A DNA stretch of 64,000 nt from a virus. The stretch covers positions 32,001-96,000 of IMG/VR virus record IMGVR_UViG_3300007609_000008; one strand, written 5' to 3'. Shown in pieces: positions 34,721-43,656 of this stretch (position 1 is the stretch's first letter; the number at the start of each line of letters is the position of its first letter). The notes beneath the pieces are model-generated. The model did no database searches and was not told where the DNA came from. It saw only the letters and a list, made by a program, of their open reading frames with translations. The position numbers were made by a program, and so were the translations under genes.

Positions 34721-35317
34721 ATGGAACCATTTGAAGTATATAGATTATACTTAGCTCTAAAGTTGCACTTCACTACAAAGGGCTACGATATAACCAAAAC
34801 TCTTGGTGCTGTTACTGGTAAAAAAGAAACTTTTCTAAAACGTAAAGACTTAACATCGATACGTAAGTTAGCACGGGATCATAAAAGATCTGAAATTATT
34901 GATATTCTAGTAGCAAACTTTGCAAGTGGAGACAAATGGGGCGGAGTATTCGACTCAGAATGTGTAGAAACTTACAAAAAATGGTTGACAACCAAGCAAA
35001 GAATGTTATATAATTTTAGTACAGACTTAGATAATATTCTGTTTCGAATGGAAAAAGATGAAGTCAAGTCTGCTATACAAGAAGGCGCACATCCTCTGAT
35101 ATTTAGAATGTACATGGGTCGTGATATTAATCTAGAAACATTAGTAATGCTAGAAAAAATAAGACCCTTTGTTGACAAGTATAGTGGTGATTTTGTACTT
35201 GAGGATATATGTCTTCTTATAACGAAGTATAAGCCCTTTGTCAGATTTGACAAAGAGAAAGTTAATTTACAACACATGGAGAAATTGATTTCAATTTACG
35301 GTCATGAGCAAATCTAA
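34721..35317 (+). CDS. gp59: helicase loader gp59
   Basis: MEPFEVYRLYLALKLHFT..YD, INLETLV and KYKPF motifs. Confidence 0.9.
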   Translation: MEPFEVYRLYLALKLHFTTKGYDITKTLGAVTGKKETFLKRKDLTSIRKLARDHKRSEIIDILVANFASGDKWGGVFDSECVETYKKWLTTKQRMLYNFSTDLDNILFRMEKDEVKSAIQEGAHPLIFRMYMGRDINLETLVMLEKIRPFVDKYSGDFVLEDICLLITKYKPFVRFDKEKVNLQHMEKLISIYGHEQI

Positions 35318-35456
35318 CAAATATAAGCCACAAGAAAAGCGCATCAAGCGTGTGGAGAAGAAGCCTGGCAAGAACATTGACAGGGAATTAAAGCGTATAA
35401 ATAAGATGGATACATCAAAGCTAGACGATGTATTTGAAGACCTTTATACAAAGTAA
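35304..35456 (+). CDS. 50-aa basic protein (not in ORF track)
   Basis: MSKSNKYKPQEKRIKRVEKK...DDVFEDLYTK*, between gp59 and gp32. Confidence 0.65.
   Translation: MSKSNKYKPQEKRIKRVEKKPGKNIDRELKRINKMDTSKLDDVFEDLYTK
35396..35403 (+). promoter_or_regulatory. T4-type late promoter TATAAATA upstream of gp32
   Basis: Exact octamer ~110 bp before the gp32 ATG, inside the small ORF. Confidence 0.55.
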
Positions 35457-35498
35457 TATAACGCAATATAACGCAATACAAACTATACAACGCATACA
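35456..35498 (+). repeat. C/A-rich short direct repeats in the gp32 leader
   Basis: AACGCAATA twice, plus an AACGCATA variant, directly before the AGGAG RBS. Confidence 0.7.
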
Positions 35499-35512
35499 CA
35501 GGAGATATCTAT

Positions 35513-36433
35513 ATGTCGTTTAACTCACTATCCGAGCTACGTAATGCACGTGGCAACTTTGACTCTCTAATGAAAGAAGTAGAGAAACTTGATTCACCAC
35601 AGCAAGGCAACAAAGGTGATGACAGAGAATGGAAGCCTACAGTAGACCAAGCAGGTAATGGTTATGCTGTCATTCGCTTCTTGCCAGCACCTCAAGGTGA
35701 AGACATGCCTTGGGCTCAACTTTGGAATCATGGCTTCCAAGGTCCAACAGGTAAGTGGTACATTGAAAACTCACTTACAACTCTCAAGCAAACTGACCCT
35801 GTATCAGAACTCAACTCCGAGCTTTGGAATAGCGGCGTAGAAGCTAACAAAGAAATCGCTCGTAAGCAAAAGCGCCGTCTCTCTTATTACGCTAACATTC
35901 TAGTCGTAGAAGATTCGGGCAATCCTGCTAACAATGGCAAAGTCTTTCTTTACAAGTTCGGTAAGAAAATCTTCGACAAGATCAAGGACGCTATGCAGCC
36001 TGAGTTCCAAGATGAAGCTCCAATGAATCCATTCGACTTCTGGGACGGTGCTAACTTCAAGCTGAAGATTCGTCAAGTAGAAGGCTATCGTAACTACGAC
36101 AAGTCAGAGTTTGCAGCTCCTAGTGCTGTAGCTGAATCAGACGAAGCTATCGAGGCTATCTGGAAGCAGCAACACTCACTTGCTGAAATCATTGCTCCTT
36201 CTAACTTCAAGTCATACGATGAACTCAAGAAGAAGCTAGACTTTGTACTTGGTTCAGGTGCTAAAGTAGGTACAGCAGAGAGCATCTCAGCTACTACTGG
36301 TGATTCATCTGATGATGACTTTCTAAAAGATGTCACAGCAGCAGTTGAGAGTCGGCAAGACACTTCTACCGCTGTTGCTGACGATGAAGATGATACAATG
36401 TCATACTTCGCTAAACTAGCTCAAGATGACTAG
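35513..36433 (+). CDS. gp32: single-stranded DNA-binding protein gp32
   Basis: GNGYAVIRFLP, GKWYIENSLTTL, FKFGKKIFDKI-type and NYDKSEF motifs; acidic tail YFAKLAQDD. Confidence 0.97.
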   Translation: MSFNSLSELRNARGNFDSLMKEVEKLDSPQQGNKGDDREWKPTVDQAGNGYAVIRFLPAPQGEDMPWAQLWNHGFQGPTGKWYIENSLTTLKQTDPVSELNSELWNSGVEANKEIARKQKRRLSYYANILVVEDSGNPANNGKVFLYKFGKKIFDKIKDAMQPEFQDEAPMNPFDFWDGANFKLKIRQVEGYRNYDKSEFAAPSAVAESDEAIEAIWKQQHSLAEIIAPSNFKSYDELKKKLDFVLGSGAKVGTAESISATTGDSSDDDFLKDVTAAVESRQDTSTAVADDEDDTMSYFAKLAQDD

Positions 36434-36447
36434 TAATTTTATTTAAG

Positions 36448-36474
36448 AAAAAGGGGCCTCTAGCCCCTTTTTTT
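36448..36474. terminator. bidirectional intrinsic terminator
   Basis: A-tract, GGGGC-CTCTA-GCCCC, T-tract, between convergent genes. Confidence 0.85.
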
Positions 36475-38293
36475 ATCTCGTATTTTGGCCATTCTGATAG
36501 AATCTAAACGAGCTATCGTTATTCCTCACAGAGCTAGGAGATACTAGAATAGGAGTCGATTGATTGCCTGAAGTATTGTTAGTAGTATTATTAAATATAT
36601 TCGTTACGTTATTCACTACTTGATTGAACGCTTCTGTCATATTTCCTACAGCGTCAGCAGTTGGAGTTACTTGAGGATCAATACCTTGAGCATCCAAAGT
36701 CTTGACACCAGAACCAGGAATAGTTAGCATATCTGGTTCTGTGCTTTCGTTGTATCCATTTTCTAGTGCTGGTACTATAACGGCTGAACGCATGTGTGGA
36801 TTTTGTTCTAAAAATACTTCTCTCTGTTGTGGATTCATGTTTTTAACAGCTTGTATCAAAGCAGGATTATTTTTTTGCTTTTCTTGAATTTCTGTTTTTG
36901 ATAACTGTGTTGTTGGACTAGACGCAACAACATCTGGTTCAGTATATCCTGCTCTTTCCATTTGTATTTTTTGTATTTCTTCACGATCAATTGTTCCATA
37001 TTCTTCCATGTTTCGTCTTTCTACTGAACTCAATGGGGCAGTTGTAGTAGTTTCTTTTCCGCCCGCTGTTCTTCTAGTTCTTTCTGGTCCATCAGGGAGA
37101 GAATTCTCTCCTATAGGATTTTCAATCAATATGTTTGCTGCTGCTGCGAGTAATCCACCCACAACTATAAGTGGAGCAGCAACCGCCGCCGTTGTTCCAG
37201 TTGCTCCGGCTGCTACAGCAGTTCCAACCAGTGATGCACCAGTTACCAATGCTCTGGCAGCTCTACGAAATAAACCTGGCTTTGGCTTTTTATTATTAGG
37301 TCTTCTATTATTTCCGCCATTTCTATTTGAGTTTACATTATTTAAATCCATATCCATATCAGGCATAAAACCGTTCATACCACCACTCGAATTGAAAGAC
37401 TCCATCTCCTTCAATTGCGCTAGAATCTGCTCTAGTAATTCTACCTGTTGATTGGCTAATGATTCTCTGTCAGTGCCAGATACAAAAGTCTCACCTCCTT
37501 CAGCATTTTGTTGAGATATAGTAGCTTTAGAAGTATTAGTAGCTTTAGAAGTATTAGTAGATGGGTTCTTTTCAATTTTTTCAATTACAGTATTTTCTGA
37601 TTTTGTGTTCTCTGACAAGCCTGTCATTTGTGCGACTTCTGATAACGCTGCCATTTGAGATGCTCTTAGATTTTCATCCTCTAGATCTCTTCTTTCTTTT
37701 TTTATTATACTGTTAGCGGTGGGCTTCAATCCAAACATTTTTTCCAAGGTAAACGCTTGTTTCAATGAATCTTTGACGCCAAGTCCTTCGTCTGTTTTCA
37801 TAAATTTACGAAAAACACTTCCGGTTATACTTCCTCTTCCTGCATCTTTTGCTAGAGTTTTCTGTGCCTTATCTAGACCTAAATTTTTAACAAGAGCATC
37901 GCCCTGATCTCCTGCAGAGAGTTTTATTTTTTCAATTTGTTTTACTAAATCTTTAATCGCTCTAACATTTGACTTACCTGTTTTTTCCTGAGCTTCTGCC
38001 ATTTTTTTGATGAGAAGGCTCAATTCTTTTTTTGTATCATCGTCTGAATCTTCTAATATACTTTGTACTGCTTCTGTGTTATCTCCTAAATTTTTTGCCA
38101 TAATAGAAGATGCAGATGAAATTTTGTTTTTTGCGGACAGAGAAGATTTACCAGGATTGATGGCAGTTCTAATAGTTTCAACAAGTGCCGTTTTACCATC
38201 TTTAGTAAAGCGATTATTATTCTCAGTATCTTGCACATTAGCACCAGAAAATCCTTCGTCTAATATGTTTTTGCCTGATATTTTATATGACAT
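36473..38293 (-). CDS. putative baseplate hub / tail-length protein (gp29-like)
   Basis: 606 aa, helical and low-complexity; follows gp26-gp51; assignment by synteny and size only. Confidence 0.55.
   Translation of the reverse strand: MSYKISGKNILDEGFSGANVQDTENNNRFTKDGKTALVETIRTAINPGKSSLSAKNKISSASSIMAKNLGDNTEAVQSILEDSDDDTKKELSLLIKKMAEAQEKTGKSNVRAIKDLVKQIEKIKLSAGDQGDALVKNLGLDKAQKTLAKDAGRGSITGSVFRKFMKTDEGLGVKDSLKQAFTLEKMFGLKPTANSIIKKERRDLEDENLRASQMAALSEVAQMTGLSENTKSENTVIEKIEKNPSTNTSKATNTSKATISQQNAEGGETFVSGTDRESLANQQVELLEQILAQLKEMESFNSSGGMNGFMPDMDMDLNNVNSNRNGGNNRRPNNKKPKPGLFRRAARALVTGASLVGTAVAAGATGTTAAVAAPLIVVGGLLAAAANILIENPIGENSLPDGPERTRRTAGGKETTTTAPLSSVERRNMEEYGTIDREEIQKIQMERAGYTEPDVVASSPTTQLSKTEIQEKQKNNPALIQAVKNMNPQQREVFLEQNPHMRSAVIVPALENGYNESTEPDMLTIPGSGVKTLDAQGIDPQVTPTADAVGNMTEAFNQVVNNVTNIFNNTTNNTSGNQSTPILVSPSSVRNNDSSFRFYQNGQNTR
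37520..37560. repeat. perfect 18-bp tandem repeat (two and a part copies)
   Basis: AGTAGCTTTAGAAGTATT repeated; encodes TNTSKATNTSKAT in the gp29-like protein. Confidence 0.85.
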
Positions 38294-38451
38294 TACTGTT
38301 TACTCTGTTGTTTATCTGCTTTCTTTTTTAGATGTGTTATTAGCATACCAACATAAACTTCTCTTTCCCAAGGCATCATATTTTCCAATTCAGTTAAGCT
38401 ATAATGATGCTCTTGCATTAACAAAAAATTCGTTTTGTAATAGTTTTCCAT
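38293..38451 (-). CDS. gp51: baseplate hub assembly protein gp51 (not in ORF track)
   Basis: MENYYKTNFLLMQEHHYSLTELENMMPWEREVYVGML, the typical gp51 motif; may be made as a frameshift fusion to gp26. Confidence 0.9.
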   Translation of the reverse strand: MENYYKTNFLLMQEHHYSLTELENMMPWEREVYVGMLITHLKKKADKQQSKQ

Positions 38452-38468
38452 CGAATCTTGAGAAAGAG

Positions 38469-39161
38469 TTAGGCGAAAAAATGATCATATCCGTTGATCA
38501 TTATTTTATTTCTAGTGTTACACTCTGAGCATTCATAATCTACTTCATGTATTAACGCCGGAATATTTTTAAAAAATTCTGATGCTTTGTTAATTACTTC
38601 AACTGGCAAATTGTCAATAAATTCTATCATTTCCTCTGATGTTTCATCTGCAGGGTTTATAACTTCTTCGCCTTGGTAGATATAAGAAATAGAATTTAGC
38701 AATATTTCTATATCATCTAATTCATTTTCTTTCATTTGAATTTCAGCAGAAGGATACTTCAGTACAATGCCCGTTGTCTCTGATAGTTCTATTTTTGTTT
38801 CGGTATTTTCTTGATCTCCTACTACCTCAAACTCAGATACGTCCATCTCATAATTTATTTGATTGTTGCAGTTTCCACAGCTCAATACAAAAGACTGTTC
38901 GTTGCCAATAGATTTTGTTCTTAATTGCAAGAAAGTCCATTGCAATTGATACATTGCTAATTTTCTTGCATCTATCTCGCCAAAAGAACAATTTTCTACT
39001 ACTTGGCAACAGGCAGAATACATATCTTCCATGACTTCTGATGCTGCTGCCAGTGTCAAAATTTTATTTTCTTTCACTAAGAAAGGTCTAAATTTAATTT
39101 TATCTTTTATGCCTGGTATTACTAAATCAAATGTTGGCACATCAATTACGGGTAAAGCCAT
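38469..39161 (-). CDS. gp26: baseplate hub assembly chaperone gp26
   Basis: MALPVID.PTF, IKFRPFLVKENKIL, FLQLRTKSIG, CGNC and CSEC; GGAGA RBS. Confidence 0.92.
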   Translation of the reverse strand: MALPVIDVPTFDLVIPGIKDKIKFRPFLVKENKILTLAAASEVMEDMYSACCQVVENCSFGEIDARKLAMYQLQWTFLQLRTKSIGNEQSFVLSCGNCNNQINYEMDVSEFEVVGDQENTETKIELSETTGIVLKYPSAEIQMKENELDDIEILLNSISYIYQGEEVINPADETSEEMIEFIDNLPVEVINKASEFFKNIPALIHEVDYECSECNTRNKIMINGYDHFFA

Positions 39162-39182
39162 TATAATCTCCAATAATTTACA

Positions 39183-39824
39183 TTAACTTGACTGTGAAAT
39201 TCTTCTCACAAATTCTTCTAATACTGTTAATTCTGTTGTTTCGTCTGTCACTTCTTGTTCCCGAACAACAGTTGTTCCTACTTCATCGTAAACTCTTTCC
39301 CAATACTTAGCTGAAAAGGAAACAGACATACGTAAAAACCCAGAATTACTCCATGATACTGGTGTTATATTTATTAGCTTTGGTATAGCTTCGTATATTT
39401 TCCATTTAGCTATTACGTTGTCTCTGATATTTAGAGATCTTACTTCTAGATCTGCAACAGAGTTTTCATAGAACGCAATTTCTTTTGATCTAGGGTTTAC
39501 ACTTGCTTTTATCCAATTTTCAAAAAGTTCTCTGCCCTTCCAGTCCTCGTCAATCAAAAAAGTAAAAACAATATCAGTTGACAAGAACTCAAGATTTTGT
39601 GTTCTGTATTCTGTCCATGCACCTATTTTTATGGGCAAATTAGTTGCAGAAAATCCTGGTATCTGTGCTTCTTCGCAAAATAAAGATAGTCTTCTTATAT
39701 CTCCGCCATCTGGTTTGTAATTTCGGGGAAAAGAAAAGGTTGCCTCAAATCTATCAGAACGAGGCGTATGTTGTTTTCTTATATCAGAGATAAAAGTTTT
39801 TAGATTTGATTGGGAATTAGCCAT
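39183..39824 (-). CDS. gp54: baseplate tail-tube initiator gp54 (tube-fold)
   Basis: RSDRFE...LSLFCEEAQIPG...FENW motifs; sits between gp2 and gp26. Confidence 0.7.
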   Translation of the reverse strand: MANSQSNLKTFISDIRKQHTPRSDRFEATFSFPRNYKPDGGDIRRLSLFCEEAQIPGFSATNLPIKIGAWTEYRTQNLEFLSTDIVFTFLIDEDWKGRELFENWIKASVNPRSKEIAFYENSVADLEVRSLNIRDNVIAKWKIYEAIPKLINITPVSWSNSGFLRMSVSFSAKYWERVYDEVGTTVVREQEVTDETTELTVLEEFVRRISQSS

Positions 39825-40392
39825 TGATTATGTCTCTACTGTCTCTGTATACTTTTTGTAGTGAAGCGCCTTCGAAGTTATGTGTCGGCAAAAATATTGC
39901 TGCTTTCCAATGTTCTGGATTAATTTTAAAAAATCTACTGTTCACTTGGCTATACAAATATTTTTTAACAGATGGCTGAACTTGAGGAAACTTGCCAAAG
40001 TTTTTCAGCAAGCTCCAACTCACTTCTATCTTACTTTTTTCTGATATATTTTTATCAGTGTAATTTAGAAGTTCGCCTAATAGTTTTGCTCGCTGTAGAT
40101 AAGGTAAGTAATGCATGTTGATGCCCACAAACCCTCCTGATATATCATCGAAGGGCAAGCAAAGTGGAAATTGATCCCAATAAGGAAGAGTGTTTTTGTG
40201 TTTAGGATCATAGACATACATGTACATGTTGCCTGGTTCAAGCCTAGTTACAAATTCTCCCAAGTCTGTTTTAGACGCATCGCTGAATGAGTCTATGTTG
40301 CTCGCAACTTTACGAACATTATCTTGATACCACCTAAACGACCTGTCTTGATCGCCAGCGTTGGTTCTTATATTTTCAAAAGGATTAGCCAT
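39817..40392 (-). CDS. gp2: DNA end protector protein gp2
   Basis: PGNMYMYVYDPKHKNTLPYWDQFPL, GINMHYLP and VKKYL. Confidence 0.93.
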   Translation of the reverse strand: MANPFENIRTNAGDQDRSFRWYQDNVRKVASNIDSFSDASKTDLGEFVTRLEPGNMYMYVYDPKHKNTLPYWDQFPLCLPFDDISGGFVGINMHYLPYLQRAKLLGELLNYTDKNISEKSKIEVSWSLLKNFGKFPQVQPSVKKYLYSQVNSRFFKINPEHWKAAIFLPTHNFEGASLQKVYRDSRDIING

Positions 40393-40397
40393 ACTCT

Positions 40398-40405
40398 TAT
40401 TTATA
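40398..40405 (-). promoter_or_regulatory. T4-type late promoter TATAAATA
   Basis: Forward TATTTATA directly upstream of the gp2 start. Confidence 0.7.
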
Positions 40406-40406
40406 A

Positions 40407-40853
40407 TCAGATTCCAAGTTCTTTCTCAGTAATAATCATAAATTCCCAGTTTCTATCAAGACAGAATTCTTTAGCTGCTTCCCACTTTGCTAGATTTACG
40501 CCCCACTGTTTGACTTCGTTGATGAATCTTTTTGTAGTTCTTTTAGGTTTTTTGGGTTCTTGTGTAAATCGTTTAGGCTTTACTTCAACTAAACAATATC
40601 TAACCTTGTCTTTGCTTCTGACTTTCACAAAGAAGTCAACGAAATATCTGTGTACTTTGTTGTCTAATGGTGAACGATAAGGAATCACAATTTCTTCTGA
40701 TCCCCACTCTAAAACTGAGCCACTAATATCACACCAATTCATGAACTTGAGTTCGTAGCTAGAACGATAAATAATTTGTGTTACATTGCCTTTGTACTTT
40801 GCAGGATTTCTTGGCTGAAATCTGCCCGAATAAACTTCTTTTGAATATGTCAT
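40407..40853 (-). CDS. gp4: head completion nuclease gp4
   Basis: YSGRFQPRNPAKYKGN, YRSSYE, WGSEE, HRYFVDF, VEVKP and NLAKWEAA. Confidence 0.95.
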   Translation of the reverse strand: MTYSKEVYSGRFQPRNPAKYKGNVTQIIYRSSYELKFMNWCDISGSVLEWGSEEIVIPYRSPLDNKVHRYFVDFFVKVRSKDKVRYCLVEVKPKRFTQEPKKPKRTTKRFINEVKQWGVNLAKWEAAKEFCLDRNWEFMIITEKELGI

Positions 40854-40872
40854 CTACTGAATCTTTTTCTGT

Positions 40873-40880
40873 TATAAATA
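40873..40880 (+). promoter_or_regulatory. T4-type late promoter TATAAATA
   Basis: Exact octamer 41 bp upstream of ATG 40922. Confidence 0.75.
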
Positions 40881-40921
40881 AATAAAAATAATACACTATT
40901 TATCAAATAGGAAATTAAAAA

Positions 40922-41449
40922 ATGGCCACTATAGTTACAAGAGCGAGTCTTCCAAGAGCCCTTACCACTGAGGAAATGGATGCTAACTTTACTAATTTGA
41001 ATGATGAACTGGCAGCAGTCGATTCTGCTGGTAAACTTGATGCAGCAGACGGCACTGCAACAGGAACATTGACCGCAGAAGATATCGTTGCAGATAATGT
41101 GACTGCTGATCTTAAAGGCTACGGCGAAGCAATGCTGACTACTAGCTCCGCTTCAGGTGCAATCAGTCTAGATTTATCTGCTGCTAATATATTTAAACTA
41201 GAATTGGCCGGAGATGTCACTGTAACATTTACAAATCCTCCTGAAGCAGGTTCTACTTCTGTAGCAACAATTATCGCAATTCAAGATGGCTCTGGTGGAC
41301 ACTCAATTACATGGACAGATGGAATTTTTGCAGGCGGCGTTGCTCCTCCTGATTCTACAGGAGCAAACGAAGTCGATATATGGACTGCTTTCACATATGA
41401 TCAAGGCACTTCATATGTGGTTTCTTTATCGATGAAGGATGTTAGCTAA
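40922..41449 (+). CDS. virion structural / tail-fibre-associated protein
   Basis: N-terminal TRA...LT.EEMDANF motif and C-terminal SLDLS...QDGSGG.SITW...DI beta domain, both recalled from phage tail proteins; late promoter. Confidence 0.7.
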   Translation: MATIVTRASLPRALTTEEMDANFTNLNDELAAVDSAGKLDAADGTATGTLTAEDIVADNVTADLKGYGEAMLTTSSASGAISLDLSAANIFKLELAGDVTVTFTNPPEAGSTSVATIIAIQDGSGGHSITWTDGIFAGGVAPPDSTGANEVDIWTAFTYDQGTSYVVSLSMKDVS

Positions 41450-43014
41450 TGCCAATTGGTAAGTTTGGATTAGAAAAAACCTGGAGAGCTAGTGGTACTG
41501 GTACTACTACTGTTAATACTTCTGGTAATTTTGATGTGCCATTCGGAAAACATGATATCACAGTAGAGGGTAAAGGTGGCTCAGGTACTGCCGCTGTTCC
41601 CTCTAACGTTGCATCTTATAATGCCCCAACACCGGGCAACGTAGCGTCTTATAATGCCCCAACACCGGGCAACGTAGCGTCTTATAATGCAGAGTCTGGT
41701 GGTAACGTTGCTACTTACAATTCAGAAGTAGCCGGCAATCCTGCAACTTACAATCCTGAGTCAGGTGGAAATGCTGCAACTTACAATGCTGACACGCCTG
41801 GTAACCCAGCAACTTACAATCCTGAAACGCCTGGTAACCCAGCAACATACAATGCTATAACTTACAATGCACCGACTTTTGAGCCTGGAAATGAGTCTGG
41901 TGGCGGCAATGTAGCGTCATTTAATTTAGCATTCTTTAGTCCAGGAAATCCGACTTATAATTCAATAAGTTACAATGCACCGACTTTTGAACCTGGCAAT
42001 GTGTCTGGTGGTGGTAATGTTTCTGGTGGTGGTGATGTTGCATTTAGTAATCCACCTACGTACAATGCTGTAACGTATAATGCACCATCGTTCGAACCTG
42101 GCAATGTGTCTGGTGGTGGTAATGTAGCGTCTTATAACTCTCCTACTAACACTCCGGGCAATGCGGCATCGTATAATGCACCATTGTTTGTTCCGGAGAT
42201 TATATATGGCCCAGGATCTGGAATACCAAACGATCCATCAGTATATGAGCCTGGTAATCCGACAAGTTATAATCCACCAACATCAACACCTGGCAACCCA
42301 GCATCATACAATCCTATAACGTATAATGCACCATCGGTAACACCTGGTAACGTATCTGGTGGTGGTAATGTTGATTCGCCTGGGACAACAAACTACACTC
42401 CGACAACTTATAATCCAATAACATATAATGCACCTAGCGTAGTGCCTGGCAACCAAGTAGGCGGAAATTTTGCTGGAAACAATTCAGGAACCTTTTCCCC
42501 AAGCAATCCAGCAACGTACAATCCTATAACTTATAATGCACCATCGATAGAGCCTGGTAACGTATCTGGTGGTGGTAATGTTGCGTCAAATAATTCTCCT
42601 ACTCCAGGTACTGTTGCAACTTATAACTCACCAATAGCTGGAAATGTGGCATCATATAACCCACCTACCGGAGGGAATGTAGCGACATATAATACAGGAG
42701 CGAGTAGTAATCCTGCGACATATAACCCAGAGATACCAGGAAATCCTGCTACATATAATGCAGAGGTAACAGGAAATCCTGCAACTTACAATGCGCCTGA
42801 TGGTGGAAACATAGCGACATACAACGCTGCTCAGCCAGCTGTACCTGGAGAACCAGCAACTGCTATGGGAGTAACTTTACCTGGATCTAATGTCGGAGGA
42901 ACAGATGCTCCGTTCACTCCTCCACAAAAAGTATCTTATTATGACTATCCAGATTCAGAAACATATCCAGTTACTGTGCCTGATGGAGGCAATGTAGTCA
43001 TAAAAAGTAATTGA
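41449..43014 (+). CDS. Pro/Tyr/Asn/Gly repeat protein, putative fibre
   Basis: Non-repetitive ends flank ~430 aa of xA(S/T)YN...GN 11-mers and TYNAP..EPGN.SGGGN modules; TAATG-coupled to the upstream gene. Confidence 0.8.
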   Translation: MPIGKFGLEKTWRASGTGTTTVNTSGNFDVPFGKHDITVEGKGGSGTAAVPSNVASYNAPTPGNVASYNAPTPGNVASYNAESGGNVATYNSEVAGNPATYNPESGGNAATYNADTPGNPATYNPETPGNPATYNAITYNAPTFEPGNESGGGNVASFNLAFFSPGNPTYNSISYNAPTFEPGNVSGGGNVSGGGDVAFSNPPTYNAVTYNAPSFEPGNVSGGGNVASYNSPTNTPGNAASYNAPLFVPEIIYGPGSGIPNDPSVYEPGNPTSYNPPTSTPGNPASYNPITYNAPSVTPGNVSGGGNVDSPGTTNYTPTTYNPITYNAPSVVPGNQVGGNFAGNNSGTFSPSNPATYNPITYNAPSIEPGNVSGGGNVASNNSPTPGTVATYNSPIAGNVASYNPPTGGNVATYNTGASSNPATYNPEIPGNPATYNAEVTGNPATYNAPDGGNIATYNAAQPAVPGEPATAMGVTLPGSNVGGTDAPFTPPQKVSYYDYPDSETYPVTVPDGGNVVIKSN

Positions 43015-43039
43015 CAATTAACTAAATATGTTATAGAAT
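43011..43039 (+). promoter_or_regulatory. sigma70 promoter overlapping a late-type CTAAATA
   Basis: TTGACA 43011-43016, 17 bp, TAGAAT 43034-43039; CTAAATA at 43022-43028. Confidence 0.6.
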
Positions 43040-43065
43040 TGTATATTATTTAAAAGTGAAAAATT

Positions 43066-43656
43066 ATGACTGCAATAAACAAGTATGTTGGTGAGTTACA
43101 GTGTTACGCTCACATGAATCGAGCTTTCACAGAAGAAGAAGTCGAAAAAATTCGAGAAATCGAAGAGCTTCAATCATTTCAAAAAGGCACAGTTGGTGGC
43201 AAACTAACTGGTGCTGCATTAAAAAAAGCCAGAGATTCTGACGTATTCTTTATGGACCATGACGATAATACGGATTGGTTATATCAAAGAATGTCTTATC
43301 TAATAGCACAAGCTAATAAAGACCACTTTTTATATAATGTAGATGATTTTGGTCCAATGCAGTATACTAAATATCAGATAGATGGTCATTATACATGGCA
43401 CTGGGATGTTTTCTTTGGCTGGCAGAAAAACACAAGAAAAATATCAGTTGTAGTATTTCTCAACGAACCTGAAGATTATGAAGGCGGAGAATTTGAAATA
43501 GTCACTAATGGAAATCTAGATGAAATCAAACAGTTAAAGCCTTTGAAGGGCGATGTATTGTTTTTTGCATCTTGGATGCCACATCGAGTTTTGCCTGTAA
43601 CTTCAGGCGAAAGAAATACACTTGTTACTTGGGTAACTGGTCCTAGAGAATCGTAA
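43066..43656 (+). CDS. prolyl-4-hydroxylase-like 2OG-Fe(II) oxygenase
   Basis: HYTWHWD (HxD), RKISVVVFLN, YEGGEF, GDVLFFAS..PHRV.PVTSGERNTLVTW. Confidence 0.92.
   Translation: MTAINKYVGELQCYAHMNRAFTEEEVEKIREIEELQSFQKGTVGGKLTGAALKKARDSDVFFMDHDDNTDWLYQRMSYLIAQANKDHFLYNVDDFGPMQYTKYQIDGHYTWHWDVFFGWQKNTRKISVVVFLNEPEDYEGGEFEIVTNGNLDEIKQLKPLKGDVLFFASWMPHRVLPVTSGERNTLVTWVTGPRES

Noticed and set aside
35377-35403. TTGACA followed by TATAAA as a sigma70 promoter
   Set aside because: Spacer is only 13 bp; kept only as a possible late TATAAATA element.
38007-38528. 173-aa plus-strand ORF opposite gp29-like/gp51, and similar antisense ORFs throughout
   Set aside because: They overlap well-supported genes on the other strand and lack RBS or family motifs.
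41590-42840. Tandem 33-bp repeats as a possible CRISPR array or DGR template
   Set aside because: Repeats are in-frame coding units with synonymous drift and no unique spacers; no cas or reverse transcriptase gene is present.
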